Shown here: positions 37,240-46,022 of the stretch, piece after piece | How positions within the stretch are numbered: the first letter of the stretch is position 1 | Layout of the letters: every line of letters begins with the position of its first letter | Assembly: GCA_048939245.1 (NCBI GenBank) | Contig: JBHLPR010000003.1 | Coordinates: 1 to 64,000 of the forward strand | DNA from: Promethearchaeota archaeon | GTDB taxonomy: Archaea; Asgardarchaeota; Hermodarchaeia; Hermodarchaeales; Hermodarchaeaceae | DNA: 64,000 nucleotides | Reading direction: 5' to 3' | Position numbers and translations under genes: made by a program | Notes under the pieces: generated by a model | Seen by the model: only the letters and a program-made list of their open reading frames with translations | Told to the model about the DNA's origin: nothing | Database searches by the model: none

Positions 37240-38061
37240 TTATTTCTTCCATTTAAAAAAGATAACAATAGCTACAACAATGACACCTATTCCAATCCCG
37301 ATTACAATAAGTTCAATAGTTAGTCCAGATTGAGTAACATCAACACTATCACTAACGACTATATTGTCAATCGAGGAGTTCCCTTGAAATGACACAAAAT
37401 TGAATTTCTCACAAGAGGTGACATCATTATCTATCACATTGAGTACTAGTTGTGTATCAAAATACACATTAAACTCTCCTTCCAAAGAGCGTGTTATATC
37501 TATATGATGTTGGCCAATTAAATCAGAAGGAAAATCATGTCTAACAAGGATAACGCCGTGTGTTACAGCGAACTTCTCAATGTACATCTCATCATTCATA
37601 ACTGTGTCCAAAATAAGAGTATATCCTGTCATTGCATATGATGTGAATTCTCCTGTTAGATTGTATTCATTTCGCAAGTCAGTAAACATGAACTCCACTC
37701 CATCATAACCATTCTGACTTCCACTAACACGCCAATCAAAACTCCAAGTACCATATGCCACGGTACTATTATGAATCGCTCTTCTCACTTGGGACATGTA
37801 GATTGACCATGGAACATACACGTCCTCTGCAGTCAACTCTCCATTCACAATGGTGAAACCATGATCCACTTGGTAGAACGTAGAATCAATCATTTCATAT
37901 CCTTGAAGGACCCAATCGTCCAACTCTTCAACAGGAGAAACCGCGAAGTCTTCACTCCACACAATTGCAGCAGATACTTGCATTTGATTTAAAGGAATTG
38001 CGATTAAGATTGTAACTGTAATCACAGATATTATTCTAAGCAACTGGAATAGTGTAGACAT
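37240..38061 (-). CDS. Tandem paralog of 36364..37200
   Basis: Same WSEDF/LDDW/VDHGFTI/AYGTWSFDW/FVSFQGNSSIDNIVVSDS motifs. Confidence 0.75.
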   Translation of the reverse strand: MSTLFQLLRIISVITVTILIAIPLNQMQVSAAIVWSEDFAVSPVEELDDWVLQGYEMIDSTFYQVDHGFTIVNGELTAEDVYVPWSIYMSQVRRAIHNSTVAYGTWSFDWRVSGSQNGYDGVEFMFTDLRNEYNLTGEFTSYAMTGYTLILDTVMNDEMYIEKFAVTHGVILVRHDFPSDLIGQHHIDITRSLEGEFNVYFDTQLVLNVIDNDVTSCEKFNFVSFQGNSSIDNIVVSDSVDVTQSGLTIELIVIGIGIGVIVVAIVIFFKWKK

Positions 38062-38214
38062 GAATCCACCTCCCTCTATCTTCTATTTAAAAGGAACTTC
38101 AACCCTTCGCAATGCCTTAGTGAATAAATCTGGATCTTGTCTCACGAGAGACATGTTACGTTGCCTGTAATGATACGGCTTGAAGGTTCACTAGTAGGTT
38201 ATTACGAGAAGATA

Positions 38215-38253
38215 GCATAATGAGAGGTTGTTTGAACAACAGGCTAAGAAATT
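38215..38253. repeat. 39-bp module (copies at 35459-35497, 38215-38253, 41614-41652)
   Basis: gcataatgaRaggttgtttgaacaacaggctaagaaatt; 1 mismatch to copy at 35459, 5 to copy at 41614; contains palindrome GTTGTT-tg-AACAAC. Confidence 0.9.
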
Positions 38254-38555
38254 ATACAAATACAACTCGTAAACGAAAAGATTGGTACGCCTAGATAGAC
38301 GCTATGGAAGTAATCGAAACCAATAAGGATGGTAGAATCGTCGATGAACTAATTTATGGACTGCAGAGCAATGATGAGGACACTAAATCATGTATTCCAA
38401 CCTTACTAGCAAGTCAAGGCGATCAGTGACCAATCCAAATCATTGGCCATCTGCTTGAGAACTTCCTGCTTCCTTAAAGGGAAGGTGCTCAAATAAATAC
38501 CAAGTTGAATGGAAAAGCGTAAATCCGAACACGCTGGTTCAGATTTAGGCTCAAT

Positions 38556-40880
38556 TTGACTAGTCAGAAGCAGGATTCATTACTTGCTAGGCTGCTCAAT
38601 TATATCTTAGTGAATTTTTATTCCGAACGTGAGGAATTTTTGAGCAATGTGATAAGTATGATTCTGCCTGTGAGTCGTAGGCGTGTATGGACTACAGCAC
38701 TACTACTTTTTTTTCTATTCCCAGTGCCAGCTTATGTAAGACATCAATGGACATACAATTCTTCTTCCGGTCTAAGTAATAATCTCACAGTACCAATAAT
38801 ACCTAATCTTCTTAATTATGAAATCAACATAGTCTTCCTAGGCATCAATGAAACAAGAATAGATCAAGATTCGTTGTTGGACCAGCTACCAAAATGGTAT
38901 GCCCCGGTCGATGGCATGTGGTGGCGCCAGGAGTTTGACATGAACTTCACTCTAGCATACAGCCTTAGCTTTACCGAACAAGTTCAAATAGATGATTATC
39001 GAATGTTCTTGCACCAGAACTCTGTAGAGGATAGGTCACCGTTCTTCATACAGCCTGAACATCCAATGGCTAAATACATTCACTCGGATATGGTTGAGTC
39101 ATACTTAGCTGAGAACGTGATCGACAAATCGTCAGCAACTCTTGTAATCATTGATACCTACTCCTTTGATCCGACTGGACATGTTCCCTATTACTACAAT
39201 GCGACCTATAACGAACTGGATGCAGAACTTGAGGGATGGGTCATCAACCCACTTCCTTGGGCTTCAACTTACCAGATAGCTGGAGGTGGTGAGAACTCAA
39301 GACTACTCTGGCTAGATCTTTCAGCAGGTCCGACTGTCTATCATTCGACCTTCGATTCGAGTACGGGAGGTGTAGAAGAGATCTTGCCCATCTGGACCTA
39401 CGAAGAACTAGTAAATCCTGTGGAACAACTAACAGAAGATCTTGTAAAATACATTACTCAAGCAGTCGAATGCCGGTTCTCGCCATCAACTTACCTTCGA
39501 GCCACTATTGGGGTGCCTCTAATCCATTCACCCACCACTGAAATTGCAATGGAAGTTCTTCTTGTAGATCTGGCCAATACTAATTTCAGATTTGAGGAAA
39601 GACTCAAGCTCGACTATATAGCATCCGAGTACGAAAGAGTGAATCCTTTCGTGGAATGGACATATAGTGTAACGGATTGGGATTGGGAATCAGATCTGAG
39701 TTTTCTCTCAGTCCTTGAAGCTTCGCAAGATGATCAAGCGATGACCTATGACCCGAGGATTCTAGTGGAGTTTTTTGACCTAAAATACATGAGCCTCTTC
39801 AATTCGAGTTCGCATAATAGATTAGTATTACCAATCTTCTTGTTGACACTTCCTGTAGGTTGGAACTTCAATCCTGAGTGGGGTGGAATGGCTCAATGTA
39901 TCGATGGCGAGTTTGCCTACATTTATGGGAAGCAAAGTCTGGACTTAGTTGATCCTAGCTACATCGATCAGGCGATCATCCCGCTTGAAGGTTTGCAGAT
40001 TGAGAGTGGAGACTCCTTCAATATTTCGGGATACTTGGGGGATTTTATTGGTTCTATCGATTTTTCGATGAATGTTCTTAACAGCAGGATTAGTGTCTAT
40101 TTTCTAGATGAATATGGTTACAATCAATATGAGCAGGCTTTACCATTTGTGGATCTTTTAAATCACTCATTTGAGAATGTCTCTGCCGGGTCGGGCATGG
40201 TGGTTTCGAACTTCGAATGCACGATTTATGGAAGATATTATCTGGTGATCGAGAATAACGAAAACGAGACAGCAACCGTTGATATCACATTGAATATAGA
40301 GGTAGACCATTGCTATGGGTACACTTGGAAAATCATGCATGAGATTGGACATGCTTTGGGGTTAAACCATCCCCATGATGCATACTCTTGGGGTAACTAT
40401 AACCACCCGGCTGCAAATGTAGGGGTTTACCTAAATTGGCTTTGGGATATGTCGTATTCTCAGATGAATTACGCGAACCAGGTTCCAACGATTTCCTTGA
40501 TGGATATTGACACGCTTCAAAGAGAGTCCATAACAAGATATTGGGCAGATGCTGTGAACATCTGGAATGATATTGTTAATAATTCTACAATCAAATATGG
40601 TGGAGTTTCATCCATCATAGAAATGCATCTAGTAAACGCTTCCCAGCATTTCAATCAGAGCGTGGACTATTACTCAAATACTAACAGTCTAGACAATTAC
40701 CAAAATTCATTACATGAGGTTTTTAGCATGTGGAAGGAGCTTAGGTTGGCCTTAGCTGAACTAGCCTTCTATTCCCTGTTAGAGATTCAAAACATTCTGT
40801 TTATTGTTTTTGTGGTGGCTGTCATCATCTTAATTGTTGTGATCTATGTAGTAATGCGAAGAAGGAGAATGAGGGAGTAG
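38556..40880 (+). CDS. Membrane-anchored metzincin-type zinc metalloprotease
   Basis: HEIGHALGLNHPHD zinc motif, downstream Met-turn candidate (SQMNY), N-terminal signal-like segment, C-terminal TM plus RRRR; true start may be downstream (e.g. ATG 38658). Confidence 0.8.
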   Translation: MTSQKQDSLLARLLNYILVNFYSEREEFLSNVISMILPVSRRRVWTTALLLFFLFPVPAYVRHQWTYNSSSGLSNNLTVPIIPNLLNYEINIVFLGINETRIDQDSLLDQLPKWYAPVDGMWWRQEFDMNFTLAYSLSFTEQVQIDDYRMFLHQNSVEDRSPFFIQPEHPMAKYIHSDMVESYLAENVIDKSSATLVIIDTYSFDPTGHVPYYYNATYNELDAELEGWVINPLPWASTYQIAGGGENSRLLWLDLSAGPTVYHSTFDSSTGGVEEILPIWTYEELVNPVEQLTEDLVKYITQAVECRFSPSTYLRATIGVPLIHSPTTEIAMEVLLVDLANTNFRFEERLKLDYIASEYERVNPFVEWTYSVTDWDWESDLSFLSVLEASQDDQAMTYDPRILVEFFDLKYMSLFNSSSHNRLVLPIFLLTLPVGWNFNPEWGGMAQCIDGEFAYIYGKQSLDLVDPSYIDQAIIPLEGLQIESGDSFNISGYLGDFIGSIDFSMNVLNSRISVYFLDEYGYNQYEQALPFVDLLNHSFENVSAGSGMVVSNFECTIYGRYYLVIENNENETATVDITLNIEVDHCYGYTWKIMHEIGHALGLNHPHDAYSWGNYNHPAANVGVYLNWLWDMSYSQMNYANQVPTISLMDIDTLQRESITRYWADAVNIWNDIVNNSTIKYGGVSSIIEMHLVNASQHFNQSVDYYSNTNSLDNYQNSLHEVFSMWKELRLALAELAFYSLLEIQNILFIVFVVAVIILIVVIYVVMRRRRMRE

Positions 40881-40948
40881 TTTCTACGTGTTGAAGATGC
40901 AAATTTTGGGTGTAGAAGGAAGTCTTTGAGGAGTTGTGCGTCATTCAT
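40877..40948 (-). pseudogene. Possible truncated N-terminus of a tyrosine recombinase
   Basis: MNDAQLLKDFLLHPKFASSTRRNY resembles the integrase N-terminal SAM-like 'FL....S..T...Y' pattern; only 24 codons. Confidence 0.35.
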
Positions 40949-41046
40949 CGCACGTTGGAACATACTCACTGATTGGTTAAAGTTTATCGTCCTGTCGACT
41001 TTTCTACGGTTTATTTCAGATAAGAAACACAACTGCGACTTTGCTC

Positions 41047-41443
41047 CTATCCACCTGATTCGAGTTTTGGTTTTAAGAATCGCTCACAAAGCATGGAAGT
41101 CAAGGTTCCAAGGAACATGGCTGTGAATACAAATGAGAAACTAGCTAGGAAAAAATAGGGCGTCCAAAATGGACCAAACGACGTCATTAAGAACACCGTA
41201 ATGAAACTGAATATTAAAGCCACCACAAGTTTCACTCCTCCTCTAACGAGCCCGGGTTTTATACGAGCATCAACGTAACACCAGATTTGCTTTACGATAA
41301 CCCATGGTAGGGCAAATGCAATGGCAAACAATAAATTAGATAAGAATGCAAATACAAGAATTCCACCGAAAATCAGTGGTGAGACGACAAAGCTAATGAA
41401 AAATGGGTTCACTGAAGTCTCTCCGCGACTCATTTTCAGACAT
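41047..41443 (-). pseudogene. Membrane protein with early frameshift (or intact from ATG 41433)
   Basis: SD-led ATG 41443 reads MSENESRRDFSEPIF, then a 2-nt loss relative to the paralog at 35918 shifts frame. Confidence 0.6.
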
Positions 41444-41665
41444 ACTCTATTCCCTCTAATTGGACTAGGTGATTCCAAGACCAAAAATATTACCAAATGA
41501 AAGTCAACACGATTCTTCTATAACCATTTGGGCTTCAAACCAGCGCATTTACAGAAGATGTAAGATCCATTAGCCTTCGAAGCAAAATCGTGGATTTTTT
41601 TGGTCATAGTATTGCATAATGAGGTATGGTTTAAACAACAGGCTAAGAAATTTTACTGAAGGGCG

Positions 41666-43345
41666 TTACTTAGCTTTTGCTCTCGCAGATTCAATACGTT
41701 GGTTGAGTCCAGTTGCTAATTTTTCAACTGCCTCATCTGATATCTTCGCAAACAGCACTTTAGGCTTAGATAATTCAGTGCCAGGACTAAGTGCTTCTAA
41801 ACAGCTATCCACCTTCACATCATGCACACTTCCGGATTGGCTTAATTGTTTCCAAATTTTTTCTGCGGTGGCTGGTATTGCTGGTTCAATTAGTATGGCA
41901 ATCGCTTTCAGCAGTTGTAAGCATTGATACAAATCGTTTTGACAGCGATCCGCATCCTCTTTGATGGTTTTCCATGGTTCGTTTTGTTGAAAGAAAGTGT
42001 TTCCGAATGAGGCAAGGTGCATAGCAGCGTCAACAGCTTCTTTGAACTTAAAATCTTGAACAGCTTCATCAATCTCCTCTATTGTCTTTTCAATTTGCTC
42101 AGTAATTAGAGAGGAGATTGCACCTTCAGGGATTTTTTTTAAATTCCTATGAATAAACAGGAGTACGCGGTATGCATAGTTTCCTAAAATTCCAACAAGT
42201 TCATTGTTCAATTTGGATTGGAATTCATTCCAAACGAAATCTAAATCTCTTGTATGGCCTGTATAGGAGAGGATGTAATAGCGCACAGCATCGAGATTAA
42301 TTCCCTGCTTAATGAAATCTTCTTCAATATCAATTACAAAACCGCGGCTCTTTGAAAGGCCGTGGCCTTCAACTTTAACCATGCCACTGGCCACAATTGC
42401 ATATGCTGTGTTATAGTTAACACCTTTTAGAATGGCAGGCCAGAAGACAGCATGATGATAGACGATGTCTGCACCGATGAAGTTAATGATTTTTCCATCG
42501 CGAATCCAATAGTCCTTCCAATCAGCTCCGGTTTGTCGTGCCCACTCTTCTGTAAAGGATATGTAACCTGCATAATTTTCAGCCCATACGTAGAGGACCA
42601 GATCCTCGTCACCTGGATATGGAATTCCCCATTTCAAATCTCGTGAAATACCCCAATCCTTTAGTCCTTGCCGAATCCATCCCAGGGCGTAATTCCGCGC
42701 CAAGGCTGTTCCTTTTAATTGTTCATTAAATTTGATGAGAAAATCAGTAAACATTGGTAATTTAAAGAAGTGGTGTCGGGTTTTTCGCTTAATTGCCGGT
42801 GATCCGCAGGTGACACATCGGGGATTGATCAATTGATCAGCATCGAGATAGCGTTGGCAGCCTTGATCGCATTCATCACCACGCGCTAGAGCTCCACAAT
42901 AAGGACAGGTTCCAATAAGAAAGCGGTCTGCAAGAAAGGTCTGGCAATTCTTACAGTAGGGTAATGCTACCTCCCGGGCTTCAACATATCCGTTCTTCTC
43001 AAGAGTGCGGATTATAGTTTGTACGCGTTTGTAATGGTAAGGCGCTTCTGTTGTCCCGTACAAATCAACGCCAATGTCCATTTTTTCAAAGATGCTTTTA
43101 AAATGTTCATGATATTTGTCTACTAGTTCTTTCGGAGTTATTCCTGCTTGTTCAGCAGCCAGTTCGATTGGGGCACCATGGGTGTCGGACCCGCATACAA
43201 ATCTCACATCGTAGCCAAATCGTTTTAGGTACCTTACGTAGGCATCACCAGGAATATAGGTACGCAAGTGACCAATATGGGCCGTTCCATTCGAATAGGG
43301 AAGCCCACACGTTACTAAGATTTTATCAGTCTTGGTTAGGGACAT
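41666..43345 (-). CDS. metG: Methionyl-tRNA synthetase (no C-terminal tRNA-binding domain)
   Basis: LPYSNG, HIGH, GSDTHG, LADRF..CPYC..ARGDEC, ISRDLKWG, GLSKS. Confidence 0.95.
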   Translation of the reverse strand: MSLTKTDKILVTCGLPYSNGTAHIGHLRTYIPGDAYVRYLKRFGYDVRFVCGSDTHGAPIELAAEQAGITPKELVDKYHEHFKSIFEKMDIGVDLYGTTEAPYHYKRVQTIIRTLEKNGYVEAREVALPYCKNCQTFLADRFLIGTCPYCGALARGDECDQGCQRYLDADQLINPRCVTCGSPAIKRKTRHHFFKLPMFTDFLIKFNEQLKGTALARNYALGWIRQGLKDWGISRDLKWGIPYPGDEDLVLYVWAENYAGYISFTEEWARQTGADWKDYWIRDGKIINFIGADIVYHHAVFWPAILKGVNYNTAYAIVASGMVKVEGHGLSKSRGFVIDIEEDFIKQGINLDAVRYYILSYTGHTRDLDFVWNEFQSKLNNELVGILGNYAYRVLLFIHRNLKKIPEGAISSLITEQIEKTIEEIDEAVQDFKFKEAVDAAMHLASFGNTFFQQNEPWKTIKEDADRCQNDLYQCLQLLKAIAILIEPAIPATAEKIWKQLSQSGSVHDVKVDSCLEALSPGTELSKPKVLFAKISDEAVEKLATGLNQRIESARAKAK

Positions 43346-43563
43346 ATGGAATCCCTCCTTAGCATTTTGGTGAGAGCATTCTTTGACCAAATACGTGAAG
43401 ATTGATTGATTTCCAATGCATTTCGTAAGTTTTGAAGTTTTGCATTTATTGATCTTGGCAAGTATTCTATATCACGGATTCAAAGCTTTTTGTTAGAATT
43501 GCTTATAAGGAACATTGACAGGAACTGAATAGTCGATTAATTATCGTCGAGGGATTTCAAAGT

Positions 43564-43812
43564 ATGACCCTTAGAGCAATCATTTTGATAGATGTTGACC
43601 CTCCCCTCACTGATTCTGTATTCGATTCACTCAAAGACTTGGCTGTCGTTAAAGAGATTTCATCAGTGTATGGAATCCATGACATCTTTTGCCTTATCGA
43701 GGTGGCTGACGAAGAAAAATTGAATGATTTCATATTCAAGAGACTCCGTCCAACTGAAGGAGTAAAAGAAACATTAACCCTTATGGTGTCAAACAGCATC
43801 CGAAAGGACTAA
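43564..43812 (+). CDS. Stand-alone Lrp/AsnC ligand-binding (RAM) domain
   Basis: VYGIHDI, LRPTEGVKETLTL. Confidence 0.85.
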   Translation: MTLRAIILIDVDPPLTDSVFDSLKDLAVVKEISSVYGIHDIFCLIEVADEEKLNDFIFKRLRPTEGVKETLTLMVSNSIRKD

Positions 43813-43934
43813 TCTAACAGCTAGTCAGCCTTTGTTTTTTATGATTGCAAAGAATGCGGAATATCAAGGGAAAAGAATGTAGGTTTTTTCTTCATAATTG
43901 CGGAGTTTAAATAATTTCTACTAGTCTCCCTTCT

Positions 43935-44049
43935 GAAGGAAGCGAAGGGATAAGGATGTAATGTTGTGTCCGCATCGTTCCTCGCCCTCCCCTCGCTCCC
44001 CCTACCTCCCCTACCTTCCCCTCTTTTCAATCGCACCTTCGCTTCCTTC
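43935..44049 (+). ncRNA. Candidate structured small RNA (or MITE-like element)
   Basis: Perfect 14-bp terminal inverted repeat GAAGGAAGCGAAGG/CCTTCGCTTCCTTC; TTTAAATA at 43906-13; C-rich interior; TCT on both flanks. Confidence 0.5.
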
Positions 44050-44148
44050 TCTAATTTCTTCAAACCATTTTCCCCAGCTTGATTGTCATCTTGAATATTC
44101 TTTAGACATAAGACTATTAGATATGCTGTAGCACAGTGGGACATTGAG

Positions 44149-44736
44149 GTGCGGTCAATCTCACAAAATCCTGAAAATTCCAACTCCCCGAATGTGGTAG
44201 CTGCAGAGAAAGCAGGCTTCGTTGTGAAAGTAATTATAGTGGGGGATTGGGGTGTGGGAAAAACGAGTCTTATTCGAAGATTTGCTGAAAACAAGTTCGA
44301 CCATGACTACAAACCCAGCATCGGCGTTAACATCGTCACCAAAGTTGTCGATGTAGCTGGAAGAAAATTAAAACTGCAACTATTCGATACAGGTGGACAA
44401 GAACGCTTTCAATCCCTTCGACAAAGGTATTACAAAGGGGCAAACGCAGTCATATTCGTCTTTGACATAACAAGGCCTTCATCAGCATCAGCGATTGAAT
44501 CCAAATGGTTAGATGAGGTGAAATCAATTCTCGGTGAAGATTTTGTACGGGTGGTTTTAGCGAATAAAACGGATTTAGAATCTGGCCGAGCCGTATCTGA
44601 ATATGCCGCTCAACAAGCCACTGATCGAATTCAAGGCAAGTATTATGAAACCAGTGCCTTAGATGGCCGGAATGTCACCGAGGCATTTTCTGAATTAGCT
44701 GCCGAATTAATGGAAAAACTCTTTCCGGAGGTATAA
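44149..44736 (+). CDS. Rab-like small GTPase
   Basis: GDWGVGKT, YKPSIGV, DTGGQERF..LRQRYYKGA, NKTD, ETSA; no C-terminal Cys. Confidence 0.95.
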   Translation: MRSISQNPENSNSPNVVAAEKAGFVVKVIIVGDWGVGKTSLIRRFAENKFDHDYKPSIGVNIVTKVVDVAGRKLKLQLFDTGGQERFQSLRQRYYKGANAVIFVFDITRPSSASAIESKWLDEVKSILGEDFVRVVLANKTDLESGRAVSEYAAQQATDRIQGKYYETSALDGRNVTEAFSELAAELMEKLFPEV

Positions 44737-44740
44737 CTCT

Positions 44741-45964
44741 TTGAAATCCCGAATTTCGGAGATAGGTGAAGAATATATCCAACTAGCCTTTCAAGTCGAT
44801 TATTTCCTCAAAAACCAGATTGGAGAGGACACTATAATTGTCGATAGTTATTTTGGTCCACCCGAACTCAAACCCGAAATACACACTGTGGACCCAGATC
44901 TCTTACTAAAATCAATCCATCAGCTCCGCGAAAAAATCAAAAAACGAATAAAAGAACATCCGCAAAGAACCTATCTGATTAAACAATTAGATGCTCTAGC
45001 CCTTCTTGTGAAATATGGTCTTAATGAAAAGGTCACCTTCAGCGAAAGAGTAAAGACGGGATTAGACGTCGATGTCGTCGTTATTTCAAATGAACGCATC
45101 GATGAGCTAAATGAACAGGCATATCGCGCCCTTCGAAAAGAGGTCCTGAAAGGGGACCTTACTACCATGGCGACCAGCTGGCGAAGACGAGCAATGACGA
45201 CAGGCGCTGAGATTGTTCCTCTTGCACAGGATGTGGCAGCAGAGGCTAGACAAGCCACAGAACAAGTTCTTTTCAAACTACCTAGAGAAGAAGCGGTCGA
45301 GTTTCATGCAGTGCCCACCGCTCCGTGGAGCGCTTATAACTATTATAAGGGAAATTATAAGGCAATTATTGAAATTAATATCGAGTTACCACGGAGCAAA
45401 TACACTATTTGGAAATGGGTAACCCACGAAACCTATCCAGGGCATCAAACCCAATTAGTCCAGCGAGAAGCAGGTTTTCATAAAGACTTACATAATCTCG
45501 AAGCAACGATTGCAATAATTAATACTCCTGAATGCACCATAGCTGAAGGATTAGCTGAAGCTGGCTCAGATCTCCTAAGTACAGCTCGTCCACTGACAAA
45601 ACCTGAAACGGTTTCATCCTATCTGTTACAACTTCGACGAGCCGTAGGTATCAATGCATTGGTAATGCTTCAGGAAAAACAAACTAGTGAATCCGAAGTT
45701 GTGGAATACATCAAAGATCTTGGAGCTTATGAAGAAGATTATGCAAAGGCTCGAATACCCTTCATGACGGATCCAATGTGGGCTCCCTATGGATACACCT
45801 ACCTTATCGGAGCCTGGTTAGTACGTGGTTTCTTCAAAGCTGCGCAAGAAGCTCACCTCATTGATGAATTCATCAAAGCCCTCTATTTGGAAGTCCACAC
45901 TCCTTCAACACTCAAATCACGGATTTCCAAACTTGAATTAAAACTACCCAAGCAAATCATCTAA
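44741..45964 (+). CDS. DUF885-like putative metallopeptidase
   Basis: THETYPGH, AEGLAE, YTYLIG. Confidence 0.75.
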   Translation: MKSRISEIGEEYIQLAFQVDYFLKNQIGEDTIIVDSYFGPPELKPEIHTVDPDLLLKSIHQLREKIKKRIKEHPQRTYLIKQLDALALLVKYGLNEKVTFSERVKTGLDVDVVVISNERIDELNEQAYRALRKEVLKGDLTTMATSWRRRAMTTGAEIVPLAQDVAAEARQATEQVLFKLPREEAVEFHAVPTAPWSAYNYYKGNYKAIIEINIELPRSKYTIWKWVTHETYPGHQTQLVQREAGFHKDLHNLEATIAIINTPECTIAEGLAEAGSDLLSTARPLTKPETVSSYLLQLRRAVGINALVMLQEKQTSESEVVEYIKDLGAYEEDYAKARIPFMTDPMWAPYGYTYLIGAWLVRGFFKAAQEAHLIDEFIKALYLEVHTPSTLKSRISKLELKLPKQII

Positions 45965-46022
45965 AACTTCGAAGGGAAGACCCAAATACCAGTTTAACCG
46001 TCATTTCAATTGAAGGATTAAT

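Larger units (their letters stand above)
34573..41746. mobile_element. Decayed genomic island inserted in the 3' end of metG
   Basis: Flanked by direct copies of the metG 3' end (34595-34675 vs 41666-41746); internal repeated modules, pseudogenes, surface-protein cargo, possible integrase stub. Confidence 0.6.

Noticed and set aside
38300-38480. HEAT-repeat-like fragment (VDELIYGLQSNDEDTK...)
   Set aside because: Too short and interrupted to support a call
43839-44294. 151-aa minus-strand ORF with RGG-like stretch
   Set aside because: Antisense to the Rab gene; the RG tract is just the G-rich strand of the inverted-repeat element
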